Below, in pieces: positions 18,688 through 27,126 of a DNA stretch of 64,000 bases. The stretch is taken from positions 224,001-288,000 of the forward strand of contig JBGSZS010000004.1 in the NCBI GenBank assembly GCA_041750285.1, given 5' to 3'. This DNA is from Candidatus Fermentibacteraceae bacterium (lineage in GTDB: Bacteria > Fermentibacterota > Fermentibacteria > Fermentibacterales > JCC-6). The notes beneath the pieces are model-generated. The model did not search any database, was not told the DNA's origin, and saw only the letters and a program-made list of their open reading frames with translations. The first letter of the stretch is position 1; each line of letters begins with the position of its first letter. The position numbers were made by a program, and so were the translations under genes.

Positions 18688-19466
18688 TTCTCCTTCTGCG
18701 CATGTATGAGAAGCCTTGGCGAACAGTCCGGGTCGAAGGGGCTGCCGTCGTAGTCACCCCACAGGTCGCACACCCTGAGGCCTGCACGCTCAGTATCCCC
18801 GACTGCTTCCATCACATCGAAGGCGGCAAGCTCGAGGACTACCCTGCGGACATCCCCTCCCCCCCCGGGGTGTTCGGTGGTGTAGACCATGTCGTACACA
18901 ACCGAACTACGCCCCACGGGGCGGAGAACTTCCTCGTCGAGGGAAAGACGGCGCCCGTCAGGCAGCATGACCTGGTAACGGCGGGTTCTGCCCTCGGGGT
19001 ACCTTCGGGCGAAGGCGGGGCTGACCTCGATGATGAGCGAACCGCCCCGGTTCAGGACACGGCATGCCTCGCAAAGGGTCGCCCGTCTGCCTTCCCTGTC
19101 CAGAATGCATTGAAGCCCGTTGTATGGAAAGCACACGAACATGAAGCTGTGGGAACGAAAGGGAATGAGCTGACCGAGACCCCTCACCCTGGAAGCAAGC
19201 CTTACGTCAGCGGGTGCCCACGAGGCCAGCATGGCGGAGCTGGGTTCGAGGGCCGCCATGAAGCTGCCTTCGTAAAGGCTCGCCGCAAGCCTGCCGGAGC
19301 CGGCGCCGATCTCAAGGCAGCTGCCCGGATGGCTGGCACGGAAGCTCCTGTAGAACTCCATCTCCCTGAGGTCGTGGGTGAAGACCGTCCCCTCCTCGGC
19401 GTTGAAAAAGGGAGCGTAGTCGTCCCAGACGTCAGACGATGAAGGCGCGAATGAATCTTTCAACAC
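18684..19466 (-). CDS. Class I SAM-dependent methyltransferase
   Basis: LEIGAGSGRL motif I; C-terminal WGDYDGSPF...SPRL. Confidence 0.8.
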   Translation of the reverse strand: MLKDSFAPSSSDVWDDYAPFFNAEEGTVFTHDLREMEFYRSFRASHPGSCLEIGAGSGRLAASLYEGSFMAALEPSSAMLASWAPADVRLASRVRGLGQLIPFRSHSFMFVCFPYNGLQCILDREGRRATLCEACRVLNRGGSLIIEVSPAFARRYPEGRTRRYQVMLPDGRRLSLDEEVLRPVGRSSVVYDMVYTTEHPGGGGDVRRVVLELAAFDVMEAVGDTERAGLRVCDLWGDYDGSPFDPDCSPRLLIHAQKEK

Positions 19467-20346
19467 CCCCGAGACACTCCTTCTCCCTCTTCTTCAGGTC
19501 TTCCAGGGCGGCTCTCGCATGGCATGCGGAAAGGGAATGCAGGCCGGTCAGGGCCGAAGACACCTCATCGAACGCCAGTGCAAGGTCGAGGGCGGCCCGG
19601 GTGGAGCCAGGCTTCATTGAGGCGGCTTCCCGGATGAATCCTGCCGCCATCTGTCTGCATTCCCCCATTACCAGCGAAAGATGCGTTCCGGGAAAACCAT
19701 GACCTTCCGACCTGGACAGAACAGCGATCCAGCGGTCGTACACCCGAGGGCCGCTGACGCAGCCGTACCAGGAGTGGCCGGCGGGGTTGGACCTGCTTGA
19801 AACGAAGTAGCGGAGGCTTCCTATGACAACATCCTCACGGGAGGCGGCGGGGCCGGTCGTTCCAAAACCATGGAAGGAAACCGACCGGCATTCCCCGAGC
19901 TGCTCCCATGAGCCGTAGTCGAGGCGGTCGGGAAAGGTCTCGCCCCCGGGAACGGAGGGTGCGGCAAGGAGAAAACCGTTCTCGTCGAAGCCGGTGATGA
20001 GCTGATGTTCCAGACCCTTGACGGAACACGGCACACCCCTCGATGCCAGACGCCGTATGCCGCGTTCAAGTCTGTTCCTCTCTTCCGCCGTGATGTCGGG
20101 ACCGAAATGGCCCAGATCGGCGTGAAGGATGCCCAGGTTGGCAAGAAGGCCGTCGAACGCTCCAAAAGGCCAGTTGTGAATGGACTGGCGGCTGATCCCG
20201 CGGTCGGCGTTGAGCAGGAAGGCGATCCCCGACCCCCCGAAAAGGAACTGGTCGGAGTGCGGATAACCGTGGTAATCGGATGCTCCGGCAACGACACCCA
20301 TGAGGGAGGTGCGCATTGGGGGCTGCAGAAGGCTTCTCGCTGTCAT
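19432..20346 (-). CDS. Hypothetical protein
   Basis: 304-aa ORF filling the gap in a co-directional operon and overlapping the next gene; LFGGSGIAF motif. Confidence 0.6.
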   Translation of the reverse strand: MTARSLLQPPMRTSLMGVVAGASDYHGYPHSDQFLFGGSGIAFLLNADRGISRQSIHNWPFGAFDGLLANLGILHADLGHFGPDITAEERNRLERGIRRLASRGVPCSVKGLEHQLITGFDENGFLLAAPSVPGGETFPDRLDYGSWEQLGECRSVSFHGFGTTGPAASREDVVIGSLRYFVSSRSNPAGHSWYGCVSGPRVYDRWIAVLSRSEGHGFPGTHLSLVMGECRQMAAGFIREAASMKPGSTRAALDLALAFDEVSSALTGLHSLSACHARAALEDLKKREKECLGGVERFIRAFIV

Positions 20347-20375
20347 CCCGCGAATACCTTTCGCAAGGGGAAGGA

Positions 20376-21272
20376 TCAGAACACGGCGGCCCGCGGCCCG
20401 GCCCTGATTATGAAGTTTTCGGGATCGATCTGCACGCCGTTCCTCAGGACCTCGTAATGAAGATGAGGCCCGACCGAACGGCCTGTGCTTCCCAGCCTGG
20501 CAATTATATCGCCCCTTTGAACGTGCTGCCCCACCGCCGCGTCCAGCCTTGAACAGTGGGCGTACCTCGTTGACAGCTCGTCGGTGTGCTTGATGACCAT
20601 GTTCAGCCCCCAGCCGCCGCTCCAGCCGCAGAAGGTAACGACGCCGTCTGCGGGAGCGTGAATGGGGGTTCCGGTGTCGGCGGAGATGTCGATGCCCTGA
20701 TGGTACCGGACAGCGCCGGTGAACGGGTCGATGCGTGCTCCGAAATCACTGACGAAAATGCCGTGAACCGGCCAGATCGAAGGCGTCTTTCTGAGAAGAT
20801 CCGCCTTCTCGACAAGAAGCACGGCAAGTGAATCGTAGGCCATCAGTTCAGCGTCGGCCAGCTTTTCGCAGAGAAGAAGCTTGAGCTCGAGATCTTCGAT
20901 GTACTGGAACATGTTCAGGGGCTCCCTGGAAGGCCCCCCCTCGCGAAGGGTCGAAAAATCGAGATTGAGGTCGGCGGCGGCCATGAAGACCCGCTCTTCC
21001 ATCTGGGACATGAGGTTGAGCTGTTCCTGAAGGTTCTGTACCCTTGCGCCAAGCTGAAGCAGCTCGCCCTGGAGGATGGCGTAATCCTGGCCGGGCCCTT
21101 CTCCCGAGAGAGCGCGCGCCCTTCGGCCCAGCGAGAAGGCACCGCCGAGAAGAAGGCTAAGAACGCCCGCAGCGAGAAAGACGAATATCCTTAACCGGTG
21201 GGCATTTATACGAAGGGGCCTGCGGCGGCCCGAAGGGTCTTCCGGTATCCAGTCGAGTGAGCCCCTGAGCAA
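20376..21272 (-). CDS. M23 family metallopeptidase (membrane-anchored, coiled coil)
   Basis: N-terminal TM and coiled coil; TPSIWPV, HQGID (HxxxD), YAH, GSTGRSVGPHLHYEV (HxH). Confidence 0.9.
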   Translation of the reverse strand: MLRGSLDWIPEDPSGRRRPLRINAHRLRIFVFLAAGVLSLLLGGAFSLGRRARALSGEGPGQDYAILQGELLQLGARVQNLQEQLNLMSQMEERVFMAAADLNLDFSTLREGGPSREPLNMFQYIEDLELKLLLCEKLADAELMAYDSLAVLLVEKADLLRKTPSIWPVHGIFVSDFGARIDPFTGAVRYHQGIDISADTGTPIHAPADGVVTFCGWSGGWGLNMVIKHTDELSTRYAHCSRLDAAVGQHVQRGDIIARLGSTGRSVGPHLHYEVLRNGVQIDPENFIIRAGPRAAVF

Positions 21273-21287
21273 GACCCGCCGCTTCCG

Positions 21288-22130
21288 TTACTTCAGAAAA
21301 TGAAGCAGCGAGCCGCTCTCGCCGCATTCGTGCAGTTTCACTATGGCCCTGTTCTTGAGCTGCCTCACGCGTTCACGGCTGATGCCCATGGTGCGGCCGA
21401 TCTCAGCGAGAGTGTGCCTTCTGTCGGTGTGTATGCCGAAGAAGAGCTGGATGATGGTGCGTTCGCGATGGTCGAGGATGTCGAGCATGTCGCCCACGCT
21501 GCGTTTCAGGGCCTCGTGGAGAACCGCCTCGTTGGGGGCCACGCCGTCGTCGGAGGCGATCATCTCCTGAAAGGTCTTGTCGCTGCCCTCGTAGACCGGG
21601 CTGTCGAGTGAGAGATGTGTGCTGTGGATCGACATCATGCCCTCGATCTCGTCGCGGCTGAGGTCGAGCTCCTTCGCGATCTCCTCGGTCGAGGGGTCGC
21701 GCCCCAGGGCATGGCCGAGCTCACGAGTCGCACGGCCCATCTTGTAGAGCTCGCCGACCCTGTTGAGGGGAAGCCTGACAATTCGGGACTGCTCGGCGAG
21801 GGCCTGGAGGATGGCCTGCCTGATCCACCAGACCGCGTAGGTGATGAAACGGCAGCCCTTGCCCTCGTCGAAACCCTTGGCCGCCCTGATGAGGCCCACG
21901 TTGCCCTCGTTGATGAGGTCTTCGAGCGCGACACCCTGGTTCGCGTACTGCTTGGCAATGCTGACCACGAACCTGAGGTTGGCCTCGGTAAGCTCGTTCA
22001 GGGCCTCCTGGTCGCCCTCGCGGATGCGCCTTGCGAGGGAGGCCTCCTCTTCCGAGGTGAGTGTGTCGCGGGTGCCGATCTCACGAAGGTAAAGCTCGAG
22101 TGACCGGCCCTCTGTTCTTCTGGTCGCCAT
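21288..22130 (-). CDS. RNA polymerase sigma-70 factor, RpoD/SigA family lacking region 1.1
   Basis: YLREIG, ANLRFVVSIAKQY, DLINEGNVGLIRAA, FITYAVWWIRQAI, TLAEIG..MGISRERVRQL. Confidence 0.92.
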   Translation of the reverse strand: MATRRTEGRSLELYLREIGTRDTLTSEEEASLARRIREGDQEALNELTEANLRFVVSIAKQYANQGVALEDLINEGNVGLIRAAKGFDEGKGCRFITYAVWWIRQAILQALAEQSRIVRLPLNRVGELYKMGRATRELGHALGRDPSTEEIAKELDLSRDEIEGMMSIHSTHLSLDSPVYEGSDKTFQEMIASDDGVAPNEAVLHEALKRSVGDMLDILDHRERTIIQLFFGIHTDRRHTLAEIGRTMGISRERVRQLKNRAIVKLHECGESGSLLHFLK

Positions 22131-22239
22131 TCCGCCGCCTTTCAGATACCGTATATTTGAAAAATGTATGGCTTGTTCCAGGGAAGAAAAGAATAGGTGG
22201 CAAAGATGTCAAGTCTTGACGGATTGTCAAGGGGTTGAC

Positions 22240-23181
22240 GTGGAGTGGTCGGCCCTTCCCCGTGAAAAGGCTGTCTGCGCCCTCTGCGGCAGCGATTCAC
22301 CAATCCTTCTCAAGCTATCCGCGGGCTGGCCCGTGTCGAAATGCCCGGTCTGCGGGCTTGTTTACCTCGCTGAACGGCCCACCGAAGCCTCGCTCGCATC
22401 GATGTATTCGAACGAGTACTACGACCGCGCCGAGGTCGGGTACGGCGGGTACGTCAAAAACTTCGGGAAGTACAGGGGCATTTTCGAGGGACTTTTCCGG
22501 GCAAGGATGAAAAGCCTCGAACGGTTCAGGGGCACCGGCCGCCTTCTCGAACTCGGCTGTGCCCACGGCTTCCTGCTCGACCATCTCCGCAGGCATGGCT
22601 ACAGCGTGTCCGGCGTCGAGGTGAGCCCCGTCGCCTCCGGTTACGCCAGGGACGTTCTCGAACTCGACGTTCACACGGGCTCGCTCGAATCGGCCGGTCT
22701 CCCCGGGGGGCGGCTCGACATCGTGTTGATGCTGGATGTACTTGAACACCTTCACAGGCCGGGTCAGGTGCTTCGGGAGATAGGACGGATACTGAAGCCC
22801 GGGGGAGTCCTGCTTGTTCAGTGCCCCTGGGAGCTGACGCATTGGGAAGAGGTGATGGAGACATTCCTGAGGGGCAGGAGGACCGGTCGGATGGATCCCG
22901 ACGCGGTTCCGGCGCACCTTTACTTCTTCAGCCCCAGAACGCTCGAAGCCATGCTCGCATCAGGCGGGTTCAGGGTGGTGCGCAGTGAGAGCGGCAACTA
23001 CGGGGCCATCCGGCGAAAGGTCACCCCTCCCGTCATCAGCACCGGCTCTCCCCTCGAAAGGCTCTTCCGTCTTCTGTACTTCAGGCTGGGAGTTCAGGGC
23101 ATGCTGTACGGCGCGGCCCGTCGCGTGGGATGGGGCAACGGCCTCATCCGCTACGCACGCTTCGAACCGGGGGGTGGGTGA
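22240..23181 (+). CDS. Class I SAM-dependent methyltransferase with N-terminal zinc ribbon
   Basis: CALC...CPVCGLVY; LLELGCAHG; DVLEHL; LKPGG; HLYFFS; start uncertain (22168 or 22240). Confidence 0.8.
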   Translation: MEWSALPREKAVCALCGSDSPILLKLSAGWPVSKCPVCGLVYLAERPTEASLASMYSNEYYDRAEVGYGGYVKNFGKYRGIFEGLFRARMKSLERFRGTGRLLELGCAHGFLLDHLRRHGYSVSGVEVSPVASGYARDVLELDVHTGSLESAGLPGGRLDIVLMLDVLEHLHRPGQVLREIGRILKPGGVLLVQCPWELTHWEEVMETFLRGRRTGRMDPDAVPAHLYFFSPRTLEAMLASGGFRVVRSESGNYGAIRRKVTPPVISTGSPLERLFRLLYFRLGVQGMLYGAARRVGWGNGLIRYARFEPGGG

Positions 23182-23939
23182 CGGATATCCGTTTCTTCCG
23201 ATTGCCCGGCCCCGGGCGTGAAGTGTGCGGTGTGCTTCCCGAGGACGACCTCTCGGCGCATCTCCGTGGCACGGATGACAGGGACGGGATCCTCGCGGTC
23301 AGGGCGGACCTGCTGACAAGGCAGCCGCTCGAACGGCTGCCCCGCGCCGGGGTTGACGGCGTGGCCGCACTCACCTGCACCGGCAGGCCGTGGAACTTCA
23401 CCTGCGTTTTCACCGACCCTTCGGGCATCGTGACCGCACTCGACGGAAACCCGGGCCCCGAGCATGCCCGCACCAACATATGCCTTGCCGGGGCGTGCTG
23501 GTTCTCAAAGCCCGTCCCGCTGAGGGCCACCCTGGAGGAAACTCTCGCCGCCGCCCTGGATGAGGGCGCCGTCATCGGAACCGAGCTTTTCACGCAAAAG
23601 GCTTTCATCGTATGTTCCGGGGAGGAGCAGCTCCGTGCATGCCACGCGGTTCTTTCCGGGCATTTCAGGCCGGGCCTTGCGGGCTGTTCTCCGGATGACG
23701 GGGTATTCACTCAGGGTTTCGTCGATCCGACATGTTCGGTCACGGGCACACTCTGGACCGCAGCCGGTTCATCTGTCGGCGAAGGGTGCCTTCTTGAGAA
23801 CTGCGTTGTGCTTGACAATGCCGTGGTGGGTCCCGGGTGCAGGCTGAGAAACACCCTCGTGGAAGCCGGAACACGGGTTCCCGCGGGCACCGTCATGGAA
23901 GACAAATACCCGAGCTTTCTGGGAGAATGCAATGCTTGA
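23178..23939 (+). CDS. Divergent NDP-sugar pyrophosphorylase-like protein with C-terminal left-handed beta-helix
   Basis: GTGA overlap with upstream gene; C-terminal hexapeptide repeats (VGEGCLLENCVVLDNAVVGPGCRLRNTLV); no N-terminal GGxGTRL signature. Confidence 0.5.
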   Translation: MTDIRFFRLPGPGREVCGVLPEDDLSAHLRGTDDRDGILAVRADLLTRQPLERLPRAGVDGVAALTCTGRPWNFTCVFTDPSGIVTALDGNPGPEHARTNICLAGACWFSKPVPLRATLEETLAAALDEGAVIGTELFTQKAFIVCSGEEQLRACHAVLSGHFRPGLAGCSPDDGVFTQGFVDPTCSVTGTLWTAAGSSVGEGCLLENCVVLDNAVVGPGCRLRNTLVEAGTRVPAGTVMEDKYPSFLGECNA

Positions 23940-24501
23940 GAACATCAGGACCTACCTCGACCAGGTGAGCAGCCTGGTCCTTCAGATCCCGCCGGACGGA
24001 ATCGAAAGGATCACCGGGATAATCCTTGGTGCCTACAGGTCGGGAAAGCGCGTTTTCATCTTCGGCAACGGCGGCGGAAGCGCCACCAGCGCGCACTTCG
24101 TCTGCGATCTTGCGAAAGGCACGGCCATGCCCGGAAAACCCAGGCTAAAGGCCATATCACTTGCCGAGAACATGCCGCTCATAACAGCGTGGGCCAACGA
24201 CACCGACTACACGAACACCTTCGGCGAGCAGCTGCGCAACCTCGTCGAACCCGGGGACGTCGTCATAGGCCTTTCGGGAAGCGGAATGAGCCCCAACGTG
24301 ATAAACGCCTTCAGGGTTGCAAATGAAGCGGGAGCAACTTCAGTGCTTCTGTCGGGCTACACCGGCGGCGAGGCGGTGAGGGTGGCTTCGGAGTCGCTGG
24401 TGGTCCCATCCGAGGACATGCAGCAGATCGAGGACGTTCACCTGATACTCGCGCACATCATCTTCAGGTGCGTGAAGCAGGAGATCTCGACAAAGGCTTA
24501 G
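23932..24501 (+). CDS. gmhA: Phosphoheptose isomerase (SIS domain)
   Basis: FIFGNGGGSATSAHF, TAWAND, LSGSGMSPNV, QQIEDVH motifs. Confidence 0.85.
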   Translation: MLENIRTYLDQVSSLVLQIPPDGIERITGIILGAYRSGKRVFIFGNGGGSATSAHFVCDLAKGTAMPGKPRLKAISLAENMPLITAWANDTDYTNTFGEQLRNLVEPGDVVIGLSGSGMSPNVINAFRVANEAGATSVLLSGYTGGEAVRVASESLVVPSEDMQQIEDVHLILAHIIFRCVKQEISTKA

Positions 24502-24935
24502 TCTTCGGGGATCCAGCCGTCGAAGTCCGGCCCTCCCGCGGCCAGTATCTTCCTGAGGGCGTCGCGGAAAGTCTCGATGCCGTCGCCCTGGGCGGCTTCG
24601 GGGAAACGCGATTTCCAAAGGTCCCACGACCTTTTCAGGTCGCCGGCCATGACCGCAGTCAGGTTGCCCTCCATCCTTGCCTTTTCGACCATGTCCTGGT
24701 TGTAGACCAGCATGTCGCTGGCCAGAACCCTGGCGAACCTCGCGGCGCGCTCGTCGGTCCGGCGGCCGGGATCGGGCGCTGGTTCGGGGGCGGGTTCGGG
24801 GGCTTTCCCGGGAGTTTCGGGCTGGACGATGAAAACCTCGGTACAGCTGCGGCACCGGATCCGTTTTGCCCTGCCCCCCAGCTTCTCGGCGGCAATCTGG
24901 TAACTCTTTCCGCAACTGGGACATGTAACGACCAT
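24498..24935 (-). CDS. MJ0042-type zinc-ribbon protein with Pro-rich linker and helical C-terminal domain
   Basis: MVVTCPSCGKSY...RCRSC; PEPAPEPAP linker; ARFARVLASDMLVYN. Confidence 0.75.
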   Translation of the reverse strand: MVVTCPSCGKSYQIAAEKLGGRAKRIRCRSCTEVFIVQPETPGKAPEPAPEPAPDPGRRTDERAARFARVLASDMLVYNQDMVEKARMEGNLTAVMAGDLKRSWDLWKSRFPEAAQGDGIETFRDALRKILAAGGPDFDGWIPED

Positions 24936-24936
24936 A

Positions 24937-26106
24937 TCACACCCTCCCGGAGATGAAATCGCGGAGGCGTTTCACACCCTTCTCAATATCGCTGTTCGAA
25001 GCGGCGAAGGAAAGCCTTACGCACCCCTCGGCCCCGAAGGCGCTTCCCGGGATAAGGGCAAGCCCCTCCTCCTCCAGTAGACTAATACAGAAGGCGGCGG
25101 TGTCAAGTTTTCCGCAGGCTTTGGAAAGGTCGACGAACACGTAGAAGGCCCCGAGCGGTTCGGGAAAGGACAGCCTTTCGTCCTGTGACAGCAGCGAGCA
25201 CATGAGGTCGCGGCGGGCATGGAAGGCTTTGAGCATTTCGAGCCTTTCCCTCTCCGCCCTGCCCTCGATCACGGCGAGGGAACCGTACTGGCACATGGTC
25301 GGTGCGTTCGAGGTGGTGTGCGACTGAATCCTGCCGGCCATTGCGATCCATTTCGGATCGGCAAGGGCGAAACCTATCCTCCAGCCCGTCATGCTCCAGG
25401 TCTTGGAAACACCCGTGACCACGGCAAGCCTGGGCGCCAGGTCGGGCCTTGCGTGCAGAAGGTGCGGAACGGGTTTGTCGCCGTAGTGAAGGAACTCGTA
25501 GATATCGTCGGAGATGACCCACATCCCCGATTCGGCTATGGCGTCGGCGATCGCTGATATCTCTTCTTCGCTGTGAACCCTTCCCGTCGGGTTGCTGGGA
25601 GAGTTGAAGATCAAACCCTTCGCCCCTTCGGCCGCAGCGCTTCTGACCTCGGAAGCCGTGAGGTGGTTGCTCCCGCCCGCCACCGGAACGCCGCCGAGGC
25701 GTTTGACCATCTCGGGATAACTAACCCACCAGGGCCGGGGAATGAGGACCCTGTCGCCCTCGCGGACGACCGCTTCCATGAGGTTGGCGATGCTGTGCTT
25801 GGCGCCGCAGGATACGAGCACGCATGCGGGATCGTTGAAGACCCCGTGAAGCGCTCCCCACTTGCGGGCAACGGCCTGTCTGAGCTCGGGCAGCCCGGCG
25901 TTGGCGGTGTAGCCGGTTTTGCCTTCCCGCATGGCCTTTTCCGCGGCCTCGATGGCGGCGGGAGGCGATGGAAAGTCGGGCTGACCCGCGGACAGTGAGA
26001 CGATGTCCCGGCCGGAAGCCCGCAACTCGGCGGCCCTGGCGGTTATCTGAAGGGTCGCGGAACCGAGAAGGGATTCCGCCCTTGGCGCAAACCTGATGTC
26101 AGCCAT
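24937..26106 (-). CDS. PLP-dependent class I/II aminotransferase (aspartate aminotransferase-like)
   Basis: SAGQPDF, YTANAGLPELR, WVSY, NSPSNPTG, SDDIY, SKTWSMTGWRIG, VRLSFA. Confidence 0.9.
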   Translation of the reverse strand: MADIRFAPRAESLLGSATLQITARAAELRASGRDIVSLSAGQPDFPSPPAAIEAAEKAMREGKTGYTANAGLPELRQAVARKWGALHGVFNDPACVLVSCGAKHSIANLMEAVVREGDRVLIPRPWWVSYPEMVKRLGGVPVAGGSNHLTASEVRSAAAEGAKGLIFNSPSNPTGRVHSEEEISAIADAIAESGMWVISDDIYEFLHYGDKPVPHLLHARPDLAPRLAVVTGVSKTWSMTGWRIGFALADPKWIAMAGRIQSHTTSNAPTMCQYGSLAVIEGRAERERLEMLKAFHARRDLMCSLLSQDERLSFPEPLGAFYVFVDLSKACGKLDTAAFCISLLEEEGLALIPGSAFGAEGCVRLSFAASNSDIEKGVKRLRDFISGRV

Positions 26107-26587
26107 TCTTCCCACGCTCCTCAAGTGCCCTGCGGACACAGGGCAGAACAAGGCTTGAAACGTCGCCGTCGTGCCTGGCGATCTCCTTCACCAGGGTGGA
26201 CGAGAGGTAAATATTGCTTTCGGAAGGCATCATGTAGATCCCGGTGATCCCGGGCGCCAGGCGCCTGTTCATGAGCTGAAGCTGGAACTCGTACTCGAAA
26301 TCGGACATGGCCCGAAGCCCCCTGATGAAGACCGAGGCGCCTATCCTCTGCATATGGTTCACGAGCAGGCCCTGGAAAGACTCGACGAAGATGTCGCCCG
26401 CAAGTTCGGCCTCGGTGATTGAACGCCTGACCAGCTCAACCCGTTCGGCGGTGCTGAACAGGGTCTGCTTGGGCGTTGCGTCGGCCACGGCGACGGTCAG
26501 GTTCCCGAAGATCGGCACGGCCCTTTTGATGATGTCGATGTGTCCCAGTGTGATGGGGTCGAAGGTGCCGGGGTAGACGACTCTCAT
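26099..26587 (-). CDS. coaD: Pantetheine-phosphate adenylyltransferase
   Basis: YPGTFDPITLGHIDII, IRGLRAMSDFEYE, SSTLVKEIA. Confidence 0.95.
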   Translation of the reverse strand: MRVVYPGTFDPITLGHIDIIKRAVPIFGNLTVAVADATPKQTLFSTAERVELVRRSITEAELAGDIFVESFQGLLVNHMQRIGASVFIRGLRAMSDFEYEFQLQLMNRRLAPGITGIYMMPSESNIYLSSTLVKEIARHDGDVSSLVLPCVRRALEERGKNG

Positions 26588-26597
26588 CCCCGTTCCC

Positions 26598-27116
26598 TCA
26601 CAACCTTCTGATGAAGAGCCAGGAGCTTCCATACCTTCTCTTTTCCCAGTCCGGCAGGGCGCCGGGTCCGCCTGCTTCGGCCATGATCACGGCGCCGGGG
26701 GCGCACAGGTCTTCCCATGGCAGCGAACCGATCCACGAATATACTTCGGAAGCCCTGTACGGTGGGTCAAGGTACACTGCACCCGGCGGCCCGGCGAGGC
26801 CGGTCAGGTCACCCGGCAGCGTCCTGCGCAGTGTTTCCCCGAGCTGCCTGCCCTCGTGCCTTTCAAGGAACCGAATGATCGAGTTGAGGTTGGCCTGGTT
26901 CGAGTCGATGAAGACACTTTTCAGGGCGCCGCAGCTCAGGGCTTCAAGACCCATGGCGCCCGTCCCGCAGAACAGGTCCCAGAAGATCATCCCCCCGAGG
27001 TCACCCCCGAGGATGCTGAACACCGCCTCCCTCATCATTGATGAGGTGGGCCTCACACCGGAAACGCAGGGCCGGAGGACATGGCCCTTCCATGTCCCCC
27101 GGCCGATCCTTGTCAA
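26598..27116 (-). CDS. rsmD: 16S rRNA m2G966 methyltransferase
   Basis: RPTS..MREAVFSIL, DLFCGTGAMGLEALS, LDPPY, RYG; usual adjacency to coaD. Confidence 0.85.
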   Translation of the reverse strand: MTRIGRGTWKGHVLRPCVSGVRPTSSMMREAVFSILGGDLGGMIFWDLFCGTGAMGLEALSCGALKSVFIDSNQANLNSIIRFLERHEGRQLGETLRRTLPGDLTGLAGPPGAVYLDPPYRASEVYSWIGSLPWEDLCAPGAVIMAEAGGPGALPDWEKRRYGSSWLFIRRL

Positions 27117-27126
27117 TGTCTCCCGC

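Noticed and set aside
24760..24830. Short tandem GGTTCGGGGGC-like repeats
   Set aside because: They encode the PEPAPEPAP linker of the zinc-finger protein; not CRISPR or a mobile repeat
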